A stretch of 64,000 bases of DNA from Candidatus Poribacteria bacterium (GTDB lineage Bacteria; Poribacteria; WGA-4E; PCPOR2b), in contig OZ242326.1 of NCBI GenBank assembly GCA_965208325.1, forward strand, positions 2,880,001 through 2,944,000, in the 5' to 3' direction. Both the position numbers and the translations under genes were made by a program. Within the stretch, counting starts at the first letter, position 1, and every line of letters begins with the position of its first letter. The notes beneath the pieces were generated by a model. The model made no database searches. It saw only the letters and a program-made list of their open reading frames with translations, and had not been told where the DNA came from. Below, in pieces: positions 1 to 9,754 of the stretch.

Positions 1-37
1 GAAGGTGGGTTGACATCAATCAACCGGATAATTTCTT

Positions 38-140
38 GTAGGTTGGGTTGAGCGGTGTTGAGAAACCGACGCATGTTTGCCGCGGGCGTTGCGTGTTTTG
101 ATTGTGTTCAAAATTCGAATCAATGAAGCGTAACCCAACG
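38..140. repeat. GTAG-type REP/REPIN-like element (GTAGGTTGGGTTGAGCGG...GCGTAACCCAAC)
   Basis: Related copies near 17120, 18824, 23691, 24308, 24602, 29338, 29963, 38569, 38808, 39158, 39841, 43010, 48875 and 60766, all intergenic. Confidence 0.8.
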
Positions 141-445
141 TTTTTTGCATGCGAAGTGTATCGCTAACTGGTGGTGCTTGAAGCAAAAAAACTGGAGATC
201 GCTATTGCACTCGCTCTTCGCTCATTTGGCGGTTACGTTACGTTCAGCGTGATTTACGAATCAAGTCGTACAGAAATCGGTATGGATCTTGGCATAGGTC
301 TGGAATTGAAAACGCCAGACGAAAGAAAAGTAGTGGGATTGGCCACGGGCTAAACCGAACCTATAAGCACTGACACGCCAATAATATTTTACAGGGCAGC
401 ATTTTTCAGGGTTTGGAAATGGAAGCGATCCAAGGAGAATATCCA

Positions 446-622
446 ATGACACGTACCAAGGCGATTGACAGAGTTAAACTTCCGGCAAATAGTGGCAGCG
501 TGAATAGGAGGGACTCAGTTAAATCAATTCTCGACACGCCAGAGGTTGTAACGAAGGAAGTGTTTGAATCTAAATTAGATAGGAACAAAAAGAAAAGCGA
601 GAACTCCAGCAAGAAGAAGTGA
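446..622 (+). CDS. Small basic hypothetical protein
   Basis: AAGGAG RBS before ATG at 446; no recognisable domain. Confidence 0.3.
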   Translation: MTRTKAIDRVKLPANSGSVNRRDSVKSILDTPEVVTKEVFESKLDRNKKKSENSSKKK

Positions 623-655
623 GTAGCAAAGAGACCAAGATAAGTTACCCCCATA

Positions 656-678
656 ACTTACCCCCATCCTTTAGACAG
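656..678. mobile_element. Inverted copy of the 23-bp end of the duplicated module
   Basis: ACTTACCCCCA-TCC-TTTAGACAG matches the reverse complement of 11181-11203 at 20/23 positions and also 36973-36994; a second TTACCCCCA lies just to its left. Confidence 0.55.
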
Positions 679-822
679 AAAATAAGGGGATTTAAGTAAT
701 AAAGTCCGACTAATTCTGGTCAATTTTCAACGCCTGAAGTTAGTGAAAATACACCTCGTATGGTGTACGGTATTCGAGCGATTGATGTGACCGCTCTCGC
801 TTGTAAAAATTGAAATAATCTC

Positions 823-879
823 TCAACCGGCGCCAAAGATTAGTCCGACAATTGCTATAAGAATCAGCCAACCTAACAT
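823..879 (-). CDS. 18-aa hydrophobic micropeptide (MLGWLILIAIVGLIFGAG)
   Basis: AGGAG RBS before ATG at 879; single hydrophobic helix. Confidence 0.4.
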   Translation of the reverse strand: MLGWLILIAIVGLIFGAG

Positions 880-940
880 CGTGATTCTCCTTATGTAAGG
901 ATTATGGGGGAGGGGGTAGCCGCCCCCTGTGGAGAAGAAG

Positions 941-1249
941 CTAAAGCCTAGGGCTAGCGACAAACATGGGAAATACATGTTCATTCCCTTCCCAGTCGGA
1001 AATAGTAATCTCTCCTCTCGAATAATCACTATCATCATGCTCGATGACAGTAACACAGACTTTTGCGTCACTATTGCGGTCCCGCACAACAATCCTTGGC
1101 AATCCTTGATCATCCATGGTCAAGTCAAGGATACCTATGATTGAAATTGTGTTGTTCTTAATCCAAATAGTGGGATTACCCTCGTCGTCTACGATTGTAA
1201 TACTTTTGCAAGTTACAGATTCATAGGTTGGATTAGTTATATCAGACAT
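941..1249 (-). CDS. Hypothetical protein, paralog family with 2360-2818 and 41137-41442
   Basis: GAGGAG RBS before ATG at 1249; motif YESVTCKSITIVDDEGNP resembles FGEIECGRLTV and FENNECRALTMSDSNGKP. Confidence 0.65.
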   Translation of the reverse strand: MSDITNPTYESVTCKSITIVDDEGNPTIWIKNNTISIIGILDLTMDDQGLPRIVVRDRNSDAKVCVTVIEHDDSDYSRGEITISDWEGNEHVFPMFVASPRL

Positions 1250-1333
1250 CGTAAATCTCCTCTTTGTAAGGGTTGTGGGGGAGGCGTAACCCTCCCTCTT
1301 TTTTCGGCAATACATACAAGTTGGTTAATTTTC

Positions 1334-1618
1334 CTAACTCATGTCGTCAGCATCTTCCGTCATGGACTCGTCGTCCACCATGGGCTCATCTTCTGTGGGT
1401 TCAGGATCGGGTTTCCTATCAGTATCTCGGTCAATGTCTCGGTCACTTTCCCGATCAACTTCCCGGTCAATGTTAATATCTCTATCGACATCGCGCTGGA
1501 AGATGTCTAGGATACGGGTAGCTTGGTCACAACCAGTTAGCGAAACCATCATTAGCGCCAACAATACGAAAACCACAGTAAACACTGTTCCAACAGCAAT
1601 GGGAGTTGTTAATTTCAT
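1334..1618 (-). CDS. Small lipoprotein with D/R-rich low-complexity tail
   Basis: AAGGAG RBS, hydrophobic signal, LTG-C lipobox, repeated DIDR/DTDR. Confidence 0.7.
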   Translation of the reverse strand: MKLTTPIAVGTVFTVVFVLLALMMVSLTGCDQATRILDIFQRDVDRDINIDREVDRESDRDIDRDTDRKPDPEPTEDEPMVDDESMTEDADDMS

Positions 1619-1645
1619 GAAATATCTCCTTCTTGGTTTAGAAAT

Positions 1646-1726
1646 GGGCGGCGCGGAACAGGGAATACAGGAGCGTGAAACCCATGGATAGGTTTCCCCT
1701 TTTTTCTACCCTATTCCGCGCCATAG
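1646..1726 (-). repeat. Member of the TATGRC...GYCRCC stem-loop family
   Basis: Minus strand ATGGCGCGGAATAGGG...CCCTGTTCCGCGCCGCCC long stem, directly before the RBS of 1334-1618. Confidence 0.7.
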
Positions 1727-1793
1727 GTTGCTTTCCAATAAAATTCAAATGTGCGAACGCGGCGTTTGCAGTGCTTACACCGCGCAGCCCGTT

Positions 1794-2216
1794 TTATAAT
1801 TTTTTTCCGTCGGGAGCGCGCATGTTCTGGGGATTAGGTTTAATGATGCGCTTCTTGCAGTGTTTGCATTTCACAGTCAATTTTCCGAGTTCAGCCCGGA
1901 TACGTTTAAAATTCTCGCTTTCCCGCATTGTAATCATGGACTGAGAACGTCTGAATATCAGCCCGTTCTTGTTTTCTTGAATTAACCTCATTTTGCTGTG
2001 TCGCCTTGCTGAATATGGGATCTCATCTTCAGTAGGCGAAAGTGACGGTTCACCTGGGGTAAATGTTATTGAAGGCGGGCCGTCGACGTGAAAGGTAACC
2101 AGAAATGCGGCAATGGGGCCGCCGTGACCAATTATCATGGATGTCTCTTCTTCGTGCTTCACAGCGATATTACATATATCGACGCGGTTATTAACTTCCA
2201 GCGTAAATTCATTCAT
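1794..2216 (-). CDS. Hypothetical protein
   Basis: 140-aa ORF, GGAGAGG RBS, CxxC near the C-terminus. Confidence 0.55.
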   Translation of the reverse strand: MNEFTLEVNNRVDICNIAVKHEEETSMIIGHGGPIAAFLVTFHVDGPPSITFTPGEPSLSPTEDEIPYSARRHSKMRLIQENKNGLIFRRSQSMITMRESENFKRIRAELGKLTVKCKHCKKRIIKPNPQNMRAPDGKKL

Positions 2217-2359
2217 GTTTCCTCTCCGTTAGAACCTGATGGAAAGTATGTTGCAGAGCCATTGTTTGAATATTTGAGGGTCAAAATCATCGGATTTTCA
2301 AGGCATGTACCCCAAAATTGCCTCCCCCGAGGACGGACCTGGTCCATTGAAAAGGGCTC

Positions 2360-2818
2360 TTAATGTTGATGTGATTCACCCGTGCGGATTTTGTCTTTAT
2401 TCCAAGTATTGACAACACCGTTACCATGTTCATTTATGCCCATGGAAGCAATGGCTTTCGTTTTACCACTAGCAATTACATACCCGCCATGTTCATCATG
2501 ACCAATGTCCACGTTCACTTTAGCGTTAGCGTCCCTTACAGTGATAGCAGGGACAATTCCCGGGTGGGTGATATACGTGGTACCGTAACGAGTACCGCCA
2601 TAAAGCAGCATGCCAGTATCCAAGAGGTGTACGACACCACGATGATAAGTGTATCCATTGACCTGCAAATCCTCGTTGACCGTCAAACGCCCACACTCAA
2701 TCTCTCCGAATTTTTCCTTTTGTGCGGATATGGGCGACAGCAGCATGCCGATAATGGTGAAAATACTGCCTAACGCCATTAGACCTAGCTTGTGCTTCCA
2801 ATTAATCAGGGGTTTCAT
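2360..2818 (-). CDS. Exported hypothetical protein (FGEIECxxLTV family)
   Basis: AAGGAG RBS, N-terminal signal/TM segment, ATGA overlap with the upstream ORF. Confidence 0.7.
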   Translation of the reverse strand: MKPLINWKHKLGLMALGSIFTIIGMLLSPISAQKEKFGEIECGRLTVNEDLQVNGYTYHRGVVHLLDTGMLLYGGTRYGTTYITHPGIVPAITVRDANAKVNVDIGHDEHGGYVIASGKTKAIASMGINEHGNGVVNTWNKDKIRTGESHQH

Positions 2819-3255
2819 TTGGTGTCTCCTTGTTGTTTCGGAACGGTGTCAATCGTCATTTTCAATTTAAGCTTTTCTTTAATACGCTCTAAATAATCAG
2901 CCATCTGATAAACACCATGATACCGCCTCACATACCAGCCGCCTATTTCTACATCACTACGGCGTTTCCGAGGACGAAACACTACTTTAGGTAGAATAGG
3001 CGGAATCCTTGCAATGCCCACTAAGGCGAGCACCTCATGAAATGTCTTATACTCTGTGTTATTTTCAACTATAGTGCCGTCTGCCATTGTGACAACCAAA
3101 TGGCGGTTAGGTTCATCAGACTTTTTGGGGATAGATGATAACCCATTTACAAACTGCATAATGACCTTACCGGTTGGACGCTGCTTCCCATACCTCTCTA
3201 CGGCTTCAGAAATAGTGTCGATCAATTGCTTCCGTTTATTATCAGAGATTGGCAT
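2815..3255 (-). CDS. Hypothetical protein
   Basis: AAGGAAGG RBS before ATG at 3255; translationally coupled to the next ORF. Confidence 0.65.
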   Translation of the reverse strand: MPISDNKRKQLIDTISEAVERYGKQRPTGKVIMQFVNGLSSIPKKSDEPNRHLVVTMADGTIVENNTEYKTFHEVLALVGIARIPPILPKVVFRPRKRRSDVEIGGWYVRRYHGVYQMADYLERIKEKLKLKMTIDTVPKQQGDTK

Positions 3256-3277
3256 AAATCCTTCCTTTTTTGTGGAA

Positions 3278-3305
3278 TTGTCCAATAAGAACCATTAGCG
3301 GACAT
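3278..3305. promoter_or_regulatory. 11-6-11 palindromic site (dif-like or operator), copy 1
   Basis: TTGTCCAATAA-GAACCA-TTAGCGGACAT. Confidence 0.55.
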
Positions 3306-3387
3306 CCCCCGCTCCCCGCCAAAAGTCCAAATTTGCGTTCTTTTATGACGGCTGTATATAGAACTGTTATGTAGGCAGCCAGATACT

Positions 3388-3585
3388 TCAGTCATTCGAC
3401 TGCTTCTTCTTGTTTGTGCTATGCGTTAACCGACGAAGGTATTCGATGTTCATGTCGATACACTTGCGGATAAGCGAGCCAAAGGAAACCCCGGTCGCAT
3501 ACTTTGCTTGTTTTAAGATAGTATCTTGCCGTTCCGTAAGTTGTATCATCACTGTGGACCGTGCGGCATCCTTTTCTCCGTTCAT
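3388..3585 (-). CDS. Ribbon-helix-helix (CopG-like) DNA-binding protein, paralog 1
   Basis: VMIQLTERQDTILKQAKYATGVSFGSLIRKCID pattern; near-identical core to 32013-32198; AAGGAGG RBS. Confidence 0.7.
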   Translation of the reverse strand: MNGEKDAARSTVMIQLTERQDTILKQAKYATGVSFGSLIRKCIDMNIEYLRRLTHSTNKKKQSND

Positions 3586-3619
3586 GGACACTTTTTCTTT
3601 CCTCCTTAAATTTGGCAAA

Positions 3620-3782
3620 GGGTGACGGGGAACGGTCTCCACTGGAGTGTTGTGTCAATGGGAATAATCTACCCGCGCCCCGCCTTATTAAATTTTGGCG
3701 GCGGCAAACAGAACCAAGGAGACGGAATTGCTCAGCGAATCGTACGAACTGTGAGCAACCCAAGAGCTGGTTGTCACCGTAC
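3620..3782 (-). repeat. Tandem pair of stem-loop family members, homologous to 33598-33759
   Basis: Stems at 3620-3688 and 3697-3782; shared linker ATTAA(A/G)TTTTGGCGG..CAAACAGAACCAAGGAGA. Confidence 0.75.
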
Positions 3783-3803
3783 TAGAGATTTTTTGTTTCT
3801 GGT

Positions 3804-6557
3804 TTACTTCACTATTGCCATGCGACGTAGTGATTGATAATCGCCCGATCGCAATTGGTAGAAATACACGCCGCTTGGCACAGTTTCACCGGACTGGTTT
3901 CTGCCGTCCCAATGCGCGGCTTGTGTCTGATTGGCGTAGAAGCCCGCGTCCCGATGCCCCAAATCGAGTTGCCGCACTAGATTGCCCTGGACGTCATAAA
4001 TCGTCAGCGTTACTTTGCCCGCGCGGGAGAGGTGGTACGGAATCCAGGTCTCCGGATTGAACGGGTTGGGGTAGTTTGGCAAGAGCGCGGTCTCTTTCGG
4101 CGTCAAGGCTGCGAGGAGGTGTTTCAGCGTGAGAACGCCGCGCTGGTATTGCGCTGTGTTTTTGCCCGTCAGCTTGGCTTCGGTTAGCCAGTGTTCGACC
4201 ATCACCGGGGACAGGTCTGTAGGCAACTGGACGCGGGCTGCCGGTGCAGCCGGTACGCTGTCTACCGCAGCGGCGACGGCGATAACGTCGTCGATGTCGA
4301 CAACCCCATCCCCGTTGACGTCCGCCGATTCTTTGCCTGTCCGCCCGTAGTGCACTGCGACGTAAACAATGTCTAGACGATCCACGCTTCCGTCGCCGTT
4401 GGCGTCCGCGATAATGGGTGGAGGCTGAGTTTCGGCAACGGCGTGAAAGGTGATTTTCTCCAACAATCCAACGGCGGATGCCTCGACAGAGTTTTTTCCC
4501 GGATTTTGCCCCAACGTCAGGGTAGTCTCCGCTTGCCCGCCGCTATCGGTCATTGCGCTTGTTGCACTGAGCTTGCCGCCGCCCACAGTGACTGTGAAAA
4601 CAATTGGAACCCCTTCAATCGGGACGTGTTTCTCGTCCAGCACTGCCACGACGAACGGGTTTTCAAGCGCTTCGCCGGCGTACGCCCGTTGATCGCTCCC
4701 CGATTGGATGCGAATCCGCGGCGGTGGTCGGCTGTCAAAACCTACCTCAACTCTTCTTTCCTGTAAGGCAGGGATGTGTAGGTAAATTGAGGCGTAACTC
4801 AAGGGGTTTCCCTGCAGATGAACCTCGTCCCCATTACCCAATCCCGTATTGGCTACCAGCGGTGAAATGTCCGAGATGTTGTTGCGCGAAAGGTCCAGGA
4901 TTGTAAGGTCGGTCAACCACGATATTGCCTTGATGTCCGAGATGTTGTTTTCCCAAAGATTCAACCGTCTCAGGTTGGTTGCCGCTTCGAGCCCAGTTAA
5001 ATTGCTGATGTTTGCGTTAGCGGCGTCAAGCATATCATCAAGCGCCGCCATTTCCGCCGGGGCAATGGGTTCACCGGCTGTTTTGTTGAGGGCATTCTCA
5101 ACCGCGGCACGGAGGTTCGGGTCGGGTATATGGATCGGAAGCCCCGCCATGGCGTTGAATGTGACCGTCTGCCCAATTCCAGCGGCGGACACCTCTACCG
5201 TGTTTTGTCCGATATTCGCGCCCAGTGTCAACACGCTCGCTGCACGGCCGCCCCGATCTGCGTGGGCGGACTCCACACTGAGCCTGCCGCCGCCGACGGC
5301 GACAGAGAATCTAACGGCAACCCCCTCAATCGGATTGCCGTTGTGCACATCTCGGACTTCAACGACAAACGGGACGAGTAACGGTGTATCCGGCAAGCCG
5401 TGTTGGTTGTCTCCTGAGACTTTCGTTAACGGCTCTAATTTTTCCGAAAACAACGTAAAGTCTCTCCACGACACATTGCCATCCGTATCAATGGCTTCAA
5501 TGGTAATCGGATGGGTAGTCGGATTAAAAAGGTTCGTGTTTCTGCTGTAAGGTAGGGAATGTGCATGGGGAATAACGCCGTCGTAATCAAAGGCAGCAGT
5601 TTCCTCTTGGTTTCCCCCCAACCCAAAACACGCCTTGACCGAACTGCCGTTGGGACTATCGGGTTGATTAACGTGTAAGATTACCTGGTGAAGTCCGTCA
5701 AAATCATGGAGGCGGGGACTGACAATGATATTACTTGCGAATGCTGAATATGAACGGGGCGAAATGAGTTCTATGGTGGGCGGCTCCCCCGCTTCAATTG
5801 GGGTGCTCTGATTGAAGTAGGTATGAACCGACAAATACACCGCATGGCATTGAGATAACCGCTTCTCATCCCGGGAACTAGGGCCATACGACATTACGTA
5901 GGCACCATCTCGGAAATCGTGGTAAAGTCCAAAGGCGTGTCCCAATTCGTGTGCGATTAGCCACCAATCAAATGCACGCAAGCAAAACGCGAATCCGCCG
6001 CGTTTTGAATATGCGCGGCCTTGACCGCCATCAATATACGCCGTCTCAAGTGTGCCCGGTCGGTCGATGAAAACGAGATAAACGTTCTCATAAAGATTGA
6101 ACGCTTCTTCAATCTCGCCAATTACAACAGGCGTACTGCCAAAGCCTTGTGGATAATGGCTGTCCGGGTATCTCCCGCCGACCTGATTCACTATCGGTTC
6201 ACCGTAAGCGTCCGTTTCAACCCGGAAGGTTTGCCGTCCGTAGCCGTGCGCTTGCATCTGATCGGCAAAAAAGCTTTGTGCGATGCTAAGCTGTTCCTTA
6301 ATTCGTTTCACCACTTGTTCCCGATACGGGCGGTCATTGGGTAAAAAGTAAATTATGCGCACGGTGCGTGTTGTTCCGACATTCAGAGCAAGGGTTTTGG
6401 AGCGGGCATCTGGGTGCGTGCCGCGCTTATGGTACTGATGTCCGGTAAACCCGCAGTAATGAGCTGCCGATTTAGGCGGGGCGGCAAGCGCGGCGGTTAG
6501 GTTAACAAGGCACAAAAGCACCGTGCAAAGCGATAACCGAAAAAATCGGATTTTCAC
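3804..6557 (-). CDS. Secreted zinc metallopeptidase-like protein with Ig-like (Big_1), LRR, dockerin-like and FlgD-Ig/T9SS-like C-terminal domains
   Basis: Signal peptide, HELGHAFGLYH (HExxHxxGxxH), SGDNQ Big_1 repeats, internalin-type LRR, DANGDGSVD dockerin, NYPNPFNPETWIPY. Confidence 0.9.
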   Translation of the reverse strand: MKIRFFRLSLCTVLLCLVNLTAALAAPPKSAAHYCGFTGHQYHKRGTHPDARSKTLALNVGTTRTVRIIYFLPNDRPYREQVVKRIKEQLSIAQSFFADQMQAHGYGRQTFRVETDAYGEPIVNQVGGRYPDSHYPQGFGSTPVVIGEIEEAFNLYENVYLVFIDRPGTLETAYIDGGQGRAYSKRGGFAFCLRAFDWWLIAHELGHAFGLYHDFRDGAYVMSYGPSSRDEKRLSQCHAVYLSVHTYFNQSTPIEAGEPPTIELISPRSYSAFASNIIVSPRLHDFDGLHQVILHVNQPDSPNGSSVKACFGLGGNQEETAAFDYDGVIPHAHSLPYSRNTNLFNPTTHPITIEAIDTDGNVSWRDFTLFSEKLEPLTKVSGDNQHGLPDTPLLVPFVVEVRDVHNGNPIEGVAVRFSVAVGGGRLSVESAHADRGGRAASVLTLGANIGQNTVEVSAAGIGQTVTFNAMAGLPIHIPDPNLRAAVENALNKTAGEPIAPAEMAALDDMLDAANANISNLTGLEAATNLRRLNLWENNISDIKAISWLTDLTILDLSRNNISDISPLVANTGLGNGDEVHLQGNPLSYASIYLHIPALQERRVEVGFDSRPPPRIRIQSGSDQRAYAGEALENPFVVAVLDEKHVPIEGVPIVFTVTVGGGKLSATSAMTDSGGQAETTLTLGQNPGKNSVEASAVGLLEKITFHAVAETQPPPIIADANGDGSVDRLDIVYVAVHYGRTGKESADVNGDGVVDIDDVIAVAAAVDSVPAAPAARVQLPTDLSPVMVEHWLTEAKLTGKNTAQYQRGVLTLKHLLAALTPKETALLPNYPNPFNPETWIPYHLSRAGKVTLTIYDVQGNLVRQLDLGHRDAGFYANQTQAAHWDGRNQSGETVPSGVYFYQLRSGDYQSLRRMAIVK

Positions 6558-6691
6558 CCCTTAGACTCCTGTTTTTGTATGGATTTTGATGGCTATAATA
6601 AAACCTATAATCATTTATACACTGCGGTAGGTGCGGTTAGGAAACCGTAGTGAAAGCGGGGCAAGATGCCCCGCCTACGGGTGTGCTGGCG

Positions 6692-9616
6692 TTATTTCAC
6701 GATTACCATCCGCCGGAGCGCGTTATAATCGTCCGTTCGGAGTTGATAGAAATAGGCGCCGCTAGCGACGGCTTCGCCGTTTTCGTTCCTGCCGTCCCAA
6801 TAGGCAGCGCGGGTTTTCTCGATATACACGCCCGCCCGTTGATGACCTAAATCCAACTGTCGAATTAGGGCGCCGTTTAAGTCGTAAATCGAGATTTGGA
6901 CGTCCGAACCCGTCGCTAACCGGTAAGGTATCCAGGTCTCCGGATTAAACGGATTTGGATAGTTTGGCAGAAGTGCGGTCTCTTTCGGCGCCAAGACTGC
7001 GAGGAGTTGCTCCAACGTGAGAATGCCGCGCTGGTATTGCGGCGTGTTTTTGCCGGCCAGCTTGGCTTCGGTTAACCAGTTTTCGACCATTTCCGCGGTC
7101 AGGTCTCTAGGCATCGCCGCACGGGCTGCCGGCGCAGCGGCTACGCTGTCTACCGCGGCGGCGACCGCGATAATGTCGTCGATGTTCACAACGCCGTCGC
7201 CGTTGATGTCCGCTGCACCTTGGCTTGTCTGTCCGTAGTGCAATGCGACATAGACAATGTCTTGGACATCTACGCTGCCGTCACCGTTGGCGTCGGCGTC
7301 TTTGGCTTCGACGGTCTCATCTTCGGTTTCGTCATCCGGGTCTTTCGATTCGATCGGTTGCGGAGAGGCGTTAATGGCAATGGAGGACGGGCGATCCATG
7401 CCGCTTGCGATAACATCTTCAACGTTGGATGCGTCCAAATTGGCACGCCGGACTGTTTCATCACGCCAATCTGTCCAATATATTTTTCGATTGTCGATAT
7501 CTAAGTCTAAGCTGTGCACCCCCGCTAATTCTGTAACGACGTCTTCGACATTTGAACCATCCAAGTCGGCACGCTGGATTTTTCTCGCGGCAGCATCTGT
7601 CCAGTACATTTTCCCGTCTGCAACATCTAGGGCAATGCTGGTTGGCGCCTGCAATCCTGTGACGAGGTCTTCGACATTTGTGCCATCCAAGTCGGCGCGC
7701 TGGATTTTATTCGTGCCGTCATCTGTCCAGTACATCTGACCGCCATCAACATCTAACGCCAAACCGCTTGGAATGCGCAAACCGCGTGTCAGGAGGTCTT
7801 CAACGTTTGAACCGTCTAAGTCGGCACGTTGGATTTTATCGGTGCCGTTATCTGTCCAATACATCTTACCGGCCGCAACATCTAGGGCAATGTCTTTCGT
7901 CCCTTTCAATCCTTGTGTCACAAGGTCTTGGACGTTTGCGCCGTTCAAGTCGGCGCGTTGAATTTTATCCGTGCCGGAATCTGTCCAGTACATGTGTCCG
8001 CCGGTAACATCTAGGGTTAAACCGCTTGGTTGTTGCAGACCGCGCTGAACTAGGGTTTCGATGCGTGAAGCGTCGGAGCTGGCTGCGCGGATGCTCATTG
8101 TGCCGCGGTCGATCCAGTAAATGGCAAGCGGCTTCTGTTCACGGACGGCGGCGACGGGAACGTTTGCGGTGAGCGAACTGCCGCTGTAGCTTGCGATGCC
8201 GCCGGCGCGCACACTGAACGACAACGTCGCATTTGTGTCAAAGTCGGTGCCGTCAAAAGCGAGTACAATCGTAATCTGCGTGTCACTTTCGCGCCGAACC
8301 CTATTAACAGTAACACCTGCAATCCCGGAAACCATCACGGCGTTACTGATGCGGGACAAAGACTGTTCCCATGCACCGTTCCTCAATGTGAGCGCCACAT
8401 CGCTTCCGTCTAACACCGTCTCTGTTAAGGGCGCCGAAGTTGAGGCGTGTAGCGTCGGTTCCTTTTTCGCCTCCACTGTAATACGCACGCTCGCAGAACA
8501 GTTGTTAGTTTTGTCACTCTCGTTTGCAACACTATCGACGCATGCGCCGAAATAGTAGGTTCCGGCAGATGTTGGGGCCGTAAGACTGATGCTCTCGGCA
8601 CTCCTCCCATTAGCATTAAGCGCGCTAACACTGGCCGTGCCGACCGCTGTATCGCTAGTCGAAATCGTGGAATCGGCCGAGCGGTAGTAGCGCAGCGTGG
8701 TCGCGGCCGCACTGCTTGTGCCGCTATTTCTGACGGCGGTGGACAGCGTAAAATTTTCGCCGGCGGTTAAGTCGCTTTTACTGACTGTCGGACGGTCAAC
8801 GATTAAGTCCGGCGAGTCCGATTGAACCTCCACCGTGATACGCACGCCGGCGGAGCAGTTGTTGTCAGAATTGCTCTCGTCCGCAACTGCGTCAACACAA
8901 GCGCCGTAGTAGTAGGTGCCGGCAGATGCAGGGGCGGTGAGACTGATACTCTCGGCACTCGTCCCATTTGCATTCAGCGCGTTAACGCTGTCCGTGCCGA
9001 CTGCTGTATCGCTGGACGAAATCGTGGCATCGGTCGAGCGATAGTAGCGCAGCGTGGTGGCAGCGGCACTGCCAGTGCCGCTATTTCTGACGACCGTCGA
9101 CAGCGTAAAGCTTTCGCCAGGCGTTAAGGTGTTTTTACTCACGGTTGGGTGGTCAACGACTAAATCCGATTGTTCAGATTCGGCACAGGTTGGCGCGTTG
9201 CTAAAACGTGTCACAACCCAAACTTCACCACTCTTTACAAAGCGGAACCAATTGAAATCAACTTCTGTAGGTTCTGAAATAAGAACATTTGTTGCACCTG
9301 CGAGTTGTACAACACCGTATCCGTCACTTCTATGAGCAACCAAAAGTAGACTCTCGGCACCGCTGCTGTTCACAACAAGGTCTGCTGCAAAGGTGTCTCT
9401 CGGAAATTGAAGACCGACACAGATTTCCGGTGCACGGTCTATTAAGTCTCCTGCTAAAGCCGTGTCTCCGGCCTTAATTGCCGCTTGCAAATCGCTGTAT
9501 TTTGAGCTTACAGGAACTTGACTCTGGCTGAAACCAACATCTGGCAACCCACACACCAACACTATTACGATGAGAATTGACAAGGCAACTTTTCGACTTA
9601 TGATAAACATGGCCAT
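6692..9616 (-). CDS. Secreted protein with two CARDB-like Ig domains, YWTD (LDL-receptor class B) propeller, dockerin-like and FlgD-Ig/T9SS-like C-terminal domains
   Basis: Repeated MYWTD..IQRADLDG motifs, duplicated TLRYYRS..GACVD units, same C-terminus as the neighbouring gene. Confidence 0.9.
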   Translation of the reverse strand: MAMFIISRKVALSILIVIVLVCGLPDVGFSQSQVPVSSKYSDLQAAIKAGDTALAGDLIDRAPEICVGLQFPRDTFAADLVVNSSGAESLLLVAHRSDGYGVVQLAGATNVLISEPTEVDFNWFRFVKSGEVWVVTRFSNAPTCAESEQSDLVVDHPTVSKNTLTPGESFTLSTVVRNSGTGSAAATTLRYYRSTDATISSSDTAVGTDSVNALNANGTSAESISLTAPASAGTYYYGACVDAVADESNSDNNCSAGVRITVEVQSDSPDLIVDRPTVSKSDLTAGENFTLSTAVRNSGTSSAAATTLRYYRSADSTISTSDTAVGTASVSALNANGRSAESISLTAPTSAGTYYFGACVDSVANESDKTNNCSASVRITVEAKKEPTLHASTSAPLTETVLDGSDVALTLRNGAWEQSLSRISNAVMVSGIAGVTVNRVRRESDTQITIVLAFDGTDFDTNATLSFSVRAGGIASYSGSSLTANVPVAAVREQKPLAIYWIDRGTMSIRAASSDASRIETLVQRGLQQPSGLTLDVTGGHMYWTDSGTDKIQRADLNGANVQDLVTQGLKGTKDIALDVAAGKMYWTDNGTDKIQRADLDGSNVEDLLTRGLRIPSGLALDVDGGQMYWTDDGTNKIQRADLDGTNVEDLVTGLQAPTSIALDVADGKMYWTDAAARKIQRADLDGSNVEDVVTELAGVHSLDLDIDNRKIYWTDWRDETVRRANLDASNVEDVIASGMDRPSSIAINASPQPIESKDPDDETEDETVEAKDADANGDGSVDVQDIVYVALHYGQTSQGAADINGDGVVNIDDIIAVAAAVDSVAAAPAARAAMPRDLTAEMVENWLTEAKLAGKNTPQYQRGILTLEQLLAVLAPKETALLPNYPNPFNPETWIPYRLATGSDVQISIYDLNGALIRQLDLGHQRAGVYIEKTRAAYWDGRNENGEAVASGAYFYQLRTDDYNALRRMVIVK

Positions 9617-9754
9617 TCGACACTCCTTATGTTTGGCTTACGATTTAGTTGAAATGAAGACAGCGGGGGCTGCTTGAAATTACCCCCACAAACTAGGCAT
9701 TGACTTAAACATGCTGAAAACTCTTTCGACGAATCCCGCGTGTTTATTCGACAA

